Positions 24,091 through 36,018 of a stretch of DNA of 64,000 nucleotides are shown in pieces. The position numbers and the translations under genes are program-made. Source of the stretch: Octopus sinensis (lineage: Eukaryota); assembly GCF_006345805.1 (NCBI RefSeq), contig NC_043010.1, positions 12,648,001-12,712,000 of the forward strand, written 5' to 3'. Every line of letters begins with the position of its first letter. Within the stretch, counting starts at the first letter, position 1. The notes under the pieces were generated by a model, which saw only the letters and a list, made by a program, of their open reading frames with translations, was not told the DNA's origin and ran no database searches.

Positions 24091-24929
24091 ATATTAAATC
24101 CAGCTGGTAAAGCAAACGTTCCAGGTTCAATCTTTGGACTAATTCAGCATTATCACCTGGAGAGAATACTGATTAAAATGTTATGCTAAAGAAAGAAAAC
24201 GGTCTGAAAACCAGATGCATCTTGATCAGTTTTATTAAATTAATTAAACTAACAAGTTATGATTGGACGTTTATTATATTTCGATGTTAATTGACATTCC
24301 TTTATACCATTGTTCTGTTGTTTTCCGTTGAGTCAACTGTTATTCCGAATAAGGATATTTCTAAGGTGATGAGGGTGGAGGTTGGAAGACAAGGAAAATT
24401 AGTTCGTGAAACCGAGGAGGCAATGGTCTGAAGCTTTTATGAAACCAGTGATTTAGAAGGGGAAAAAAAATTGATACAATTACAAGTTGTGTTACATTTA
24501 AAGGACAGCCTTAGGGAACTTGTTATCGAAAACAGAAAAACCAGATAAATGAATAAATAAAAGTGGTAAAAAGAAAAAAAAAAATTAATGACAAATTTGT
24601 CTTAGTCATCCAAAAATTAAGCCATGTAATCCAAACAATTTCCGCAGAAATGCTAAAGTATGGAATACCATAGTTGCAAAACTCTGTTGACAATGAGTAT
24701 GGTAAATAAACAAGACAAGCAATCGATATGTGTCTAAATCCCCTTTCCTTTGCATAAAAGAAGGGGAAACAAAAAAGAGTCCAAACACTGTTGTATTATG
24801 TGGTTTTTGTCTCGTTCGAGGACTGCATAATGTAAGAGAGTATTTATTTATATGATAAATAATATAAAATATATATATATATATATATGTATGTTTATCA
24901 AATATTGTAAAAGTGTAATGCAATCACTT

Positions 24930-25460
24930 TTATATCACCATCATCATCATCAGCAGCAGTAGCATTTTCATCATCATTATCATCATCATTGATATTGTCA
25001 CCATCATCATCCTCATCATCATCGTCATCATCGTCATCATCATCATCGTCATCGTCATCGTCATCGTCATCATCGTCATCATCATCATCATTGTCTACAT
25101 CATCGTCATCATCGTCATCATCATCATCATCGTCGTCATCGTCATCATTGTCATCGCCGTCATCATCGTCATCATCATCATCATTGTCTACATCATCGTT
25201 GTCATCATCATCATCATCATCATCATCATCGTCATCATCATCATTGTCATCGTCATCGTCATCATCGTCATCATCATCATCATTGTCTACATCATCATCA
25301 TCACCACCATCACCATCATCATCATCATTTAACATCCACTTTTTCATGCTTGTATGGGTCAGAAGGAGTTTTATTGAGACAGATTTTCTACAGTTGGATG
25401 CCAATTTTTTTTTTTTTTGTTTTGTTGCTAACCCTTACCAGTTACCCAGCTCTGTCCCCA
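24930..25460 (-). repeat. Expanded (CAT/CGT)n tail plus RTE-like 3' end
   Basis: (CAT)n at 24930-25330 abuts tttaacatccactttttcatgc. Confidence 0.8.
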
Positions 25461-26354
25461 GAATGTAGATAGCGAAAATGATGTCACATTTTGAATTGGA
25501 GGAAAGTCTTGCCTTCTTTTATTGGTTGCATTCATAACGTGGATATTAACTGGTTGATTTCTTTTTCTGAAAACCCTAGCTCATCCAGATTGCCATTCAG
25601 GCACTTACTCACACAACCAACGGCACCAATTGTTATTGCTATAAATGTTAATTTATAATCTGGGTATAGAATCTAAAGGTTTCAAAGCAGTTGTCCATAG
25701 TGATCCTTTTCCTCTTCGATTTTCAGAGGGATATTCACACAGCAGGGCAGCTGACATCAATGCTGGTATATACTTTTCTTGTCAAATCTCCAATACCAAT
25801 ATCTGGCCGGTTGCATGTGTAAGCGACATGCTGTATAAATTTATCTGATGGTGGATGTTGATGTTCTGTCCAGGAGGATATGAATCAATCTGTCTGTTTC
25901 TTTTAATGATGTATGTTCTGTATCCTAGACAGATAGCCAGTGATGTGGTATGTAGAGTCCATATCTTAGTTTGCAAGGCCCATTTTTTTGCATGGTCTTT
26001 ATTGCCTGGTTGAGATTTGTTAGGGGGCAGTTCGATCAACAAACCACTGAATATGAATATCAGTCCATCCAATAGAGTTATGTTAGAAATTGACAGTAGA
26101 GATAGAGAAACCATTGCAAAATAGGTGAAGGGTTATGTTAATATTTAAAGGTGGATGAATGGCTTATAATAACCAGTGAGGTGTTATAAAAAAAATACTT
26201 GTAGGAAGTGTGAGTTATATTATGAAAACTGGTGAGGAAGGTGAGGGCTAGAGTATAAAAACTAATGGTTACCTCAACCGACTAACTGAAAATATATCTG
26301 ACATTCATACACATCAAATTTTGAATAAAAATATATATTGCAAAATTATTCTTT

Positions 26355-26513
26355 CCAAACACACACACACACATACACGCATGCACACACACACGCACAC
26401 ACACATATATGTATGTATAAAAGAGTAATATATACAATGTGGATTCAGAGAATCACGAGGCTATTACATTATGCCTCTCCTTTCTTATGGAAATCACATG
26501 TAATCATTACTGA

Positions 26514-26589
<76 letters not shown>

Positions 26590-26730
26590 CATATATATAT
26601 ATACATATATATATATACATATATATATATACATACATGTATATATACATACATATATATATATATATATACATACCTATATATATACATACATATATAT
26701 ACATATATATATACATATATATATATATAC

Positions 26731-26763
<33 letters not shown>

Positions 26764-26861
26764 ATATACATACATATATATATATATACATATATATACA
26801 TATACACACACACACACACACACACACCACACACATATATTATATATATTATATATATTTA

Positions 26862-26892
<31 letters not shown>

Positions 26893-26915
26893 TTATATAT
26901 ATATATATATATGTT
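26355..26915. repeat. Compound (CA)/(CTAT)/(TA)/(TACA) microsatellite
   Basis: Direct reading; explains the YIYI-type ORFs. Confidence 0.9.
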
Positions 26916-27513
26916 CGGATTTCTTCATACAGGTTTCATGCTAGCACAATTGGCATGGTTTATAGTTTTGTGTGTGCAAATGTTTTTATTTGTGTGTTAC
27001 TATTATTATCAACTGTGATATGTGAAGCTGTATGACATGCAATTAAATCGAAGTAAGCTGAGTTATGTACTGTCGGCATGGAACGGGAACAGGAACACAA
27101 ATGTAATTGTCATATTGAAGTTTATATTAAATACAATTCTTGATAACTGAAAGGAATGATCATATGTCGAACTGTCAGCCTCCAAATAAAGCTACTGTAG
27201 CAGAAAACTCATTTTATATTATATATCAATATTTTTCATTAGAAGACAAAAGGATATGATACAAAATGTAAAGAAACTCAGTCGTATAACATAATATAGA
27301 GCATTAGTTTTACCAAGAAGGCACTGCTGCTGTGGTATATGCTGAATATTAGGATTTTTGTTATAGTGGAAGATGTTTCTTTTTTTTTTTTTTGTTTGTT
27401 AGAATTTGTTTTTCTTTTTCGTTTTGTTTTTGTTTGTATTTTTTTTTTATATATATAACAGAATGAAAATTAATATAAATATGATTTTTAGCACCAAATT
27501 TGATAGAACTTAC

Positions 27514-29928
27514 CTGTGTTGAAGCTGGAATACTTTTTGGTGTTGTCAATGTGGTCCATTCGACTGGTAGCTCCTGCTCTGGACAGAAATCCCTTCTGGA
27601 TCTCATTGATGGTGTACTGTGATGCACCCCTTCTTCGGGGTTCTGTGTTATAGCAAAAGGATTGTTGCTTTGAGATATCATTAGACATTTCTCTCGTCCT
27701 GGTTGCATGGCTGGATTCATTGCTGCTGTATGTAGCATATTTCTCCTTCTGTTACATCTCACTATACATATCGTTATTATAACAACTATAGCAATTGATA
27801 TCACCACAGCCGTAACAACTATGATAATAACCAAGTTGATATCTATCATGTCACTAGATTGGATGTGAGCAGCTGTCAACATTGGGGATGTTCTGTTGCT
27901 GACAGTTAGTGTTAAGGACAGTGTAGTGGTTGCTGACAGCACTGGGCTGCCACTGTCTTTCACAACCAACAAAAGATTGTATGACCCGGCATCATTTTGG
28001 TAAACTTTTCGAGCAAATGATAAAACTCCAGTGTAAGGATTAACAGTAAACAATTGATGGTTTTTTCTATCAAGCATTTCATACTTAAGGAAAGCATTTT
28101 CCCGACTGTCTCTATCTGAAGCTCTCAGAGTTGTGATGTCGTTCTTGCTTTGTGGATGATAATGAACATCTAGGCTGAATGGGTTAACACTAGGAAATGT
28201 GAAGTATGGTGCATTATCATTCTCGTCCATGACTTCGACAATAACATTTGCTGTACTGTTTAGTGATGGCGTTCCGTTGTCCTTTACTAAAACCCGGAAT
28301 TTATAAATGTCTCGCCGTTCTCGGTCTAAAGACCGTATAGTTGAAATGAAACCATAGTCTGTAATCTGAAAAGGAAACATATTGTTTCTATCAATTATGA
28401 AATATGTTAGTTGGCCTCCATTTCCTAAATCCAAATCAGTGGCATTGATAAATCCAACTGGGAAATTTGATTTTTCATTTTCATAAGTAAGGAATTTAAA
28501 TGTGTCTTTGGTAAATTTGGGCTGTACATCATTAACATCCATTACTTGGATTGAAAATTTCCTCTCGGTCTTCAAAGCTGGTGAGCCTTTGTCACGACAG
28601 ATAATTGAAATATTGTAGTTACTTTCAGTTTCTCTGTCGACCGTGTTTTTCATCAGCACCTTATATTCTTTGGAACTTATTTTTAACAGCTGAAATTTAT
28701 CACTTTTAAGATCGCACGTTACTTCTCCATTTAGTCCAACATCATTGTCAATAACGCTGACGTAGGCAATAAAGCTGCCGACTTTGATTCGCTCTGAAAT
28801 TGCAGCTGTATTCTTTTTTAATGCAGAAACGAAATTGACATCAATTTCTGGCGCTCTGTTTTGTTGATTGATCACATTTACAAGTAGCAAAACTATAGAA
28901 CTGAGAGGGGGGGTACCTCTGTCTGTTGCTTCAACAAAAAGTTTATATTTTCGTGTCTGTGTAACTGGGAAGACATTCAGAAAGAATATTTCACCTGTAA
29001 CATTATTTAACTGAAAACTATTTTTTACAATTTCGGATGTTTTAGAACTAAAGTGGTAAATTATTCTTCCATTGTCTCCAGAATCTAAATCTGTAGCAGA
29101 TAAAACAGTAACCGGTGAAGCTCTGTGATGTGTATTCTTTATGGAAACATTATAGATATCTTTTGAAAAAATAGGTGGATTGTCATTGACATCAATTACA
29201 GAAATTTCAATATTCAGGATTCCATGCTGGGAGGGGAAGCCTCCATCTTCTGCAACTAGTTGTAAAAAGTAACTGTCTTTTGATTCCCTGTCTAATTTTT
29301 CATCTAAACTAATCCTTAGTTTGGAAGTACCGTCCACTTTCTTAGATACTGATAGTCTAAATGGTTCATTGTCGTGTTTTTTCAGGCGATATGAAATTTT
29401 TGAATTCATAATACCTACATCTTCGTCAACAGCATTTGGAATTGATTTCGCAGTTCCTTTGCCATGACTTTCATCGAAAATCAGTTTTATCTGTTTTACA
29501 GGGAATTCTGGTTGATGGTCATTAACATCTTCTATCGTTACCTTAATTTTAAGAATCTTGATAAATGTTTCTGCTTGCTTGACTGCAACTTTAATTGTTC
29601 TGGAACATTCTGTACTATAAGAACATAATGATTCGGCATCAAGTTTCTGTGAAGTGAACAGTTTACCAGATTTAGAAATATTAAAAAGCTGAGAAGTTTC
29701 TTTTTGGCTGAGCTGGTTAAAAGTTATCAGATTGTGATCTTGCGATGAGACACTGTTTAGAAGTTGTGAGTCTGCAGCAATATCCCCTATATAAGTTCCT
29801 GGACTTTTCTCTTCCTGGACAGGGTATGCAAGATCAACACACATGCAGGTATGAAGAAACAAATGCAATATATATACCAGTACTAGCATATTCCCTCTTG
29901 TGTCTGCTGAGTTTATAAGCTGAAGCAT
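27514..29928 (-). CDS. Pcdh: Protocadherin, large coding exon (signal peptide, 6 cadherin repeats, TM helix, proximal cytoplasmic tail; 805 codons)
   Basis: 855-aa ORF with cadherin motifs (DVNDHQP, LDRE, AEDGG, DVNDNPP, DVNDVQP, DENDNAP), EC1 Cys pair CSYSTEC, hydrophobic N-terminus and TM segment INLVIIIVVTAVVISIAIVVIITICIV. Consensus donor CAG|GTAAGT after ...PASTQ at 27514/27513 (phase 0). Second in-frame Met at 29889. Symbol is family-level only. Confidence 0.96.
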
Positions 29929-29938
29929 TCAAATAATT

Positions 29939-29960
29939 CTGAAAATAGAATAAATAATTT
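29939..29960 (-). other. Splice acceptor 10 nt upstream of the protocadherin ATG (implies an upstream non-coding exon)
   Basis: Minus strand reads ttatttattctattttcag|aattatttgaATG. Confidence 0.65.
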
Positions 29961-30025
29961 GATTTTAATATAACAGGAATAAAAGGAGTATTTTTATACA
30001 TAAAAAGAAATATTTTTATATAAAA

Positions 30026-30399
30026 CTAGCAGTATAGCCCAACGTTTCCTGGGTTTGTTTTCTTTTCGACTCTTTAGAATTGGAATTTTTGAAAAGTAAA
30101 AATTTTGCATTATATAGCTTGTAATTCTGGTTGAAATACACCGTAAAATGATGACACAGCAGTCAAAAACTTGTAAAAAATAAAGATTTTCATAGAAAAA
30201 AAGCACCTTTTTGATGTAAATAATTTTTGATGTTAACGTGGTTCAATTTGAATTTTTTCTTCTACAGAAGGAAGAGCAAGCCTTCTTCTATCATACTCTC
30301 AATTTTGGTCAACTTACGCTGCAGAGTCTCAGAGGAGATAGTGTTAGTTGAAGGCTACCAAACCTGCCATACAACTTCAGCTTTATATATATAGAGAGA
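30026..30399 (-). mobile_element. Non-autonomous Helitron ~85 bp upstream of the protocadherin acceptor
   Basis: A|TCTCTCTATATATATAAAGC 5' end; 3' hairpin cccagg-aaacg-ttggg then CTAG|T. Confidence 0.8.
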
Positions 30400-30484
30400 T
30401 AAAGGTATATTTGTTTTTAACTTCATGGAATAACTATGAATGAATGGTTACAAATTAAATATTATTCAACTCCTTATTAACATT

Positions 30485-30912
30485 AGTTCCAAATTTTGGC
30501 ACAAGGCCAGATATTTCAGTGGTGGTGCGCAAAGCCGACTGGATCAACCCCAGTACTCGACGCGAGCTGGCAGAATCGTTAGCACGCCGGGCAAAATGCG
30601 TAGCCGTATTTCGTCTGTCGTTACGTTGTGAGTTCAAATTCCGCCGAGGTGGACTTTGCCTTTCATCCTTTCGGGGTCGATAAATTAAGTACCAGTTACG
30701 CACTGGGGTCGATGTAATCGACTTAATACCTATGTCTGTCCTTGTTTATCCCCTCTGTGTTTAGCCCCTTGTGGGTAATAAAGAAATAGGTACTTTTTTT
30801 ATCAACCCCAAAAATATGAAAAGCAAGTTGACCCCGGCAATACTTGAACTCAGAACAGGTGAGATGCCACTAAGCATTTTGCCTGGTGTGCTAATGATTC
30901 TACCAGCTCGCC
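30485..30912. mobile_element. Nested family B SINEs (+ copy at ~30564-30792 inside a - copy)
   Basis: Family similarity in both orientations. Confidence 0.7.
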
Positions 30913-31344
30913 CTTATTAATGTGAATTATCTATTAACAAAGCTAAATTGTGGATTAAAAGAAAAATTCTTTGATGCTGTTAAAAAAGTGACCAGGTTGT
31001 CATGTTCTCTGTACATAAAAATTGTTCAAGTCAGCATCACATGTGTAGGTGTCTTGGGTGCAGACAGATAATGCATGTTTGGAAAGTGGTAAAGGAGAAA
31101 TGAAAGTTGGTTTGATTTTCATAGCAGTGTGTGTTATTAAATATCACAATAGGAAGGTCGTGTGTGTGTTAAGAATGAGAGTTGTAAAGACCTTCTTCAT
31201 CACATACTGTAGCAAAGCAATCTAGTAGGAAACTTCCAATCCAGAGGATTAGAAATGAATGGAGGCCTTAAGTAACTGACTTTGACTGTAGCATTTAAAC
31301 CAGTCATATTCCAAAATATTCTACCTGTTTTATGCTCAAAACTG

Positions 31345-31580
31345 TCAAATTCTGGCTTCTCACATATATACATATATATGTATGTATGTATATATATATA
31401 TTTATGTATATATATATACACGCATATATATATGTATGTTTGTATCAAAGGTTTCTGCACAGTTTCCATGTATCAAATCCCATTTACAAGATATTGGCCA
31501 AGCTTGATGCTATCATAAGAAATGCTTGCCCAAGAGTACCATACAATAGGATTGAACCTGAAACCATATGGTTGTGAAGA
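31345..31580 (-). mobile_element. SINE family A, partial/diverged
   Basis: Family similarity. Confidence 0.55.
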
Positions 31581-31800
31581 CAACTTAATAATTACTATGT
31601 TTATGCCTGGCCTCTTGACAGTATGCACCAGCTCTATAACACAGTCGCACAATTATTTCAATGGATCATTGTCTCTTTGGGGAATAATGAGGAAGCTAAT
31701 ATTCATGGAATTGGAAATCAAAACTGCAAACTAGTAAAGTAAGTATTTCAGTGTGCTATTAATTATTTATCAATGGCAGAATTGGTAAAATAGGGCTAAG

Positions 31801-32155
31801 TGGTAGACAGACAATTTGTCAACAGAGAATTAGCCAACATACAACTTACAGACAAGACAATTACGTGGTTTGGTGCAGAGTCCTGTTGTCAGACATAGGG
31901 TGTTCCAGTAGCCGCCCTCTTGACCCAGGGCAACACAACCTCCTCCAGGCACTTGATGTAGGCCTCTGTGTTGAGTCTGAGGCTGTGTGCAAATTGTCGG
32001 TCAGCAAACTGTCTGTTGGCGAATTGTCTGTTGGTGAATTGTCTGTTGGCAAATTGTCTGTTGGTGAATTGTCTGTTGGCAAATTGTCTGTTGGTGAATT
32101 GTCTGTTGGCAAATTGTCTGTTGGTGAATTGTCTGTCGACGAATTGTCTACACAC
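31801..32155. mobile_element. Foldback/MULE-like element with 15-bp subterminal repeats, 9-bp TSD and an internal mariner fragment
   Basis: TSD AGGGCTAAG at 31792-31800 and 32156-32164. Eleven 15-mers (g[ct][ag]aattgtctgttg) at 31988-32152, with degenerate inverted copies at 31803-31862. Internal 31863-31987 encodes LRLNTEAYIKCLEEVVLPWVKRAATGTPYV*QQDSAPNH on the minus strand. Confidence 0.75.
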
Positions 32156-32194
32156 AGGGCTAAGCATGCCCTGCATTATATAGTTGTGTTCCTA

Positions 32195-32330
32195 AATGTT
32201 CCGAAATTTGGGGGTAGGGGACCAGTCGATTAGATTGACCCCAGTATGTAACAGGTACTTAATTTATTGACCCCCAAAAAGATGAAAGGCAAAGTCGGAA
32301 TTTGAACTCAGAACATAAAGACAGATGAAA
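32195..32330 (-). mobile_element. SINE family B variant, partial
   Basis: Family similarity. Confidence 0.6.
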
Positions 32331-32689
32331 TATAAAGGAGTTAATATTAAGTACCAGTAAAATACTTTCCTTTCTGTTTTTTTTTCTTAAACCCTAGAAC
32401 TCGTAAGGCCAGTAACTCAAGCTTCTATGTTGTATAAGTGACCAAGATTATAATATTCCTTGTGAACAGGATGCTACTTACCACACATCCACTCCTGCAC
32501 CTGTGAAGCCATTCCTGTGCCTATAAATGTGAGATGCTTACAACACCTAGGTTTCCCAAGCAGTCACCTATCTAAGTACTCACGGTACTTTCAATGTGAT
32601 ATATATATATATATAGAGTGTTAGAAGTGGTGTACAGATATTGAATATTGAGAAAAGAAGAGGTCGTCGGAATTTTTGAAAAAAAATTT

Positions 32690-32995
32690 TTTTATGGCAT
32701 GTGAAACATTCAAGCGAGGTCGTTGCCAGTGCTGTTGGACTGGCTCCTGTGCAGGTGGCACGTAAAAAGCACCATTTGGGCATGGCCATTGCCAGTACCA
32801 CCAAATTGGCCCTCGTGCTGGTGGCATGTAAAAGCACCCACTATACTCTCGGAGTGGTTGGCGTTAGGAAGGGCATCCAGCTGTAGAAACTCTGCCAGAT
32901 CAGATTGGAGCTTGGTGCAGCCATCTGGCTTCCCAGAAACCCAGTCAAATCGTCCAACCCATGCTAGCATGGAAAGCAGACGTTAAATGATGGTG
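32690..32995 (+). mobile_element. RTE-like 3' portion
   Basis: Family similarity, GAT tail. Confidence 0.8.
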
Positions 32996-33169
32996 ACTTA
33001 TTATTATTAGTGCTTTCGCTCGTTTTTCAAACTTGTCAAATAAAATGTTTCTACAAATGTACAAACAGGTTGTTTATTTATATAAAACAGATGGGTTTTT
33101 TGTTTTGTTTAGAAGAGACCATTGTTTTTTTTTTGTCTTTTGGGGCAAAGTTCCAGGACAATTGAGATA

Positions 33170-33480
<311 letters not shown>

Positions 33481-34449
33481 ACACAGACAGAAAGATAGGT
33501 AGAGAGAGAGGGAGGGAAGCCCCTTCTTCAGTTTTGACTTCCATTAATTTATTTATTTCGTCATTTACCACTCTATTGACTTGAGTTCAAGGATGTTGAT
33601 CTCTCCTACAATGGGATACGGTCATCACTCAAAGCATCTTTGCTTTTCCTCTTTTTTCTTCGTTTTGTTTTCCTTCTTTTTTTTTCTTCTTTTTCTTCTT
33701 TTTCTTAAGGTGTCAGAAGGAAGATAAAAGGTTCTATGAAAATTCAATCATGTGTGTGTGTGCATGAGCATGCTTGCATGTGTGTGTGCATATGTGAGCC
33801 TATGAGCTCATGTGTTTGGAAATATATCTACATCTACACACTGTGTAATTTCAATGCTTTGCATTGAAAAATAAAGTCAGGTTTCTTTTAATTTCATGTT
33901 TTTGTATGAGAAAACCTTAGTACAATATTTACAAATTAGAAAAATAAAATCCAATGTTATAGAGACGAGCATCATGCTATAAATATTGAAGAAGAAACAA
34001 CAGTAATAGTGTTTTTTTTCTTTCCTTAGGGTGTTTTTCAATTTCATCATTTTGCATGAAAAAACAATATTTACAAGTTAGAAAATTACGTAAAGTTAGA
34101 ATATCCCAATGCTATATATATATATATATTCATTCTCAGAACCTTAAAGTAGTCTGGAACAACTAAATCTTAGTCAGTCAGTTGATGAGCTCCACTACCT
34201 CAAATGTTCTTAAAATTTAAATCCACATCTTTGTTTATGTATCTACCTTCTCTATAATGTTGCCACTTGATTTGAAAATTTTTGTATTAATGGAAAACCT
34301 CTGTAATTGGCTGATGAGTACTCAGCATCTTAAATCTGTTGTAATACTTACAACATTTAATAAAATGATGTAGTACGAAATGATCGTACCAAATTACCGG
34401 AGTCATTCTTGTTGCTTATTTTGTATATATACATATATATATTTCAATA

Positions 34450-34652
34450 TGTGACCGCGTGTGTATCGTTGGAGATTTTCTTTCTCCGTCTTCCCTTCCT
34501 TGGACCTTTCCCTTTTCTATGTTTCTGACGAAGAGCTTCGCTCGAAACGTTAAATCCTCCTTCTTTCTTCTCTTTCCCGAGCGTCCAATAACACTATACT
34601 TGTTCCACGTCCTCGCGTTGTTGTGTTTTCTCTTTGTTCATGTTTGGATTAA
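34450..34652 (+). mobile_element. Penelope-type pseudo-LTR with minimal hammerhead motif
   Basis: Inverted homologue at 35822-36018; motif GTTT-CTGACGA-A-GAGC-TTC-GCTC-GAAA-CGTT|AAAT at 34521-34555. Confidence 0.75.
34521..34555 (+). ncRNA. Minimal type I hammerhead ribozyme motif
   Basis: Intact CUGANGA and GAAA cores, perfect 4-bp stem II, palindromic ACGU stem III, short stem I. Confidence 0.65.
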
Positions 34653-34697
34653 ATATATATATGTATACATACATACATACATACATACATACATACA

Positions 34698-34729
<32 letters not shown>

Positions 34730-34789
34730 AACCTGAATATTTAGAGATGTGTATCATGTTTCCAATATTGCATCTACAATTAGAACAAA

Positions 34790-35452
34790 AAATGCAAATT
34801 CTCCACTTTTCTTTGAAACATTCAATTTTGGAAGGAATTTTTTGATGAAGTGTAACTCCATTGCTTTTCAGTATTGCGGATCTTCCCCCGAACATTTGTA
34901 AAATGGGAAGATTTTGAATTTTCCATCACTGCATATTTCCAGATGCTTCCTTAACAGAATGTTACATAATTCTTCTTATTTAATATGCCTGTGTATTCTT
35001 GCACATTGGCAGAGGGAATTACTTGTTTCGCCAATGTAATTTTCTTTGCAGTTGGGGCAGGTAAGGCAGTATATGAGGTTCTGCATTTTGCAGTTCATAT
35101 CTGCATTTATTTTGAACAAGAATCAACTATTGAATTTTATGTAGGAACCACTTTCTAAGTATTTAAATTTGTTGTTGTTGCATGTTCTACATCTCCTGTC
35201 TCCAAAAGGAAAGTTTGATTTTATGGCATGGAAGATGTCGGTTATCCCAGGACTGTGTGTGTTAACAAACAGGATCATGTGTTCTTTAATTTTTTCCTTA
35301 GGTGTTCATAGTCGGGCGATGCTTAGTTTCATTGCCTTTTTAATCCCCTCATTAATTAATCTTAAGGGGTATTTTTGCATTGTGAGGAAGTCTTTGAGCT
35401 CATTGAGTCAGATTTCATATATTTTGGGGTCGGTCACACACAAATATATATA
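34790..35452 (-). mobile_element. Penelope-like retroelement relic (RT C-terminus plus GIY-YIG endonuclease)
   Basis: Minus strand: LNELKDFLTMQKYPLRLINEGIKKAMKL ... DMNCKMQNLIYCLTCPNCKENYIGETSNSLCQCARIHRH ... ELHFIKKFLPKLN; contains stops. Confidence 0.88.
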
Positions 35453-35565
35453 TATACGTATGTGTATGTGTGTGTGTATATATATTATATATATATGTAG
35501 GTCCCGGGTTGATTCGGGGTTAACCACAGTAAATAAGGTACTCAATACATGGTAGAGTAAAATTA

Positions 35566-35800
35566 ATTTATTATATAGAAGGAGCTTCTACAGGACTAGA
35601 ACTGTTTCATTCAAGAGAAATCTTCAGGAAGCTAGTTAACAAGAATTGTATTGGCATTTATACATTTAGGCAGGTTTAAAGGGGTGTTGGTGGGGGACTA
35701 AATGTATAAATGCCAATACAATTCTTGTTAACTAGCTTCCTAAAGATTTCTCTTGAATGAAACAGTTCTAGTCCTGTAGAAGCTCTTCTATATAATAAAT
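35566..35800. repeat. Near-perfect palindrome (104/103-bp arms, 28-nt spacer)
   Basis: Arms 35566-35669 and 35698-35800 differ by one substitution and one 1-nt indel. Confidence 0.97.
35583..35633 (-). ncRNA. Type I hammerhead ribozyme fold (intact core)
   Basis: AGCTTC-CTGAAGA-TTTC(TCTT)GAAT-GAA-ACAG(TTCTAGTC)CTGT-A|GAAGCT. 6-bp stem I, 4-bp stem III, GUA triplet; stem II closes with U.U. Confidence 0.7.
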
Positions 35801-35821
35801 ATATATATATATATATATATA

Positions 35822-36018
35822 GTTAATCCAAACAAGAAAGCACAAAAAAACACAACGCGAGGACGTGGAACAAATATAGTATTATTGGAGGCTCAGGAAA
35901 GAAGGAGGGTTTAACATTTCAAGTGGAGTTCTTCGTCAGAAACATAGGAGAAGGAAAGATCCAGAGAAGGGAACACAGAGGAGAAAAAAAATTGCCAACG
36001 GTACACATGCGGTCACAT
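35822..36018 (-). mobile_element. Penelope-type pseudo-LTR, inverted relative to 34450-34652
   Basis: Reverse-complement similarity; degenerate CTGACGAAG...GAAATGTTAAAC. Confidence 0.75.

Larger units (their letters stand above)
11600..27513 (-). other. Predicted ~15.9 kb GT-AG intron of the protocadherin
   Basis: Bounded by GTAAGT (27513-27508) and polypyrimidine-AG (11601-11600); filled with repeats. Confidence 0.7.

Noticed and set aside
24308-24433. Possible in-frame 120-126-nt cassette exon on the minus strand (TIASSVSRTNF...NNRTM)
   Set aside because: Weak acceptor and donor (GTATAA), no protocadherin-like character, and easily arises by chance in 16 kb.
24898-25468. Poly-Asp/poly-Ser ORFs (also poly-His/Met/Asp at 42365-43703 and poly-Asn/Ile at 19092-21361)
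   Set aside because: Expanded (CAT)n or (AAT)n retroelement tails.
25480-26300. 110-aa minus-strand ORF, possible LINE APE remnant
   Set aside because: No recognisable motif by eye; left unassigned pending a homology search.
27310-27345. Possible micro-exon HIPQQQCLL just downstream of the large exon
   Set aside because: Weak donor (GTAAAA) and a phase-1 end incompatible with the phase-0 terminal exon.
27361-27513. Last 50 aa of the 855-aa ORF (VSSIKF...KKKKKKHLPL)
   Set aside because: Begins at a consensus GTAAGT donor and runs into A-rich intronic sequence; treated as intron read-through, though an unspliced isoform cannot be excluded.
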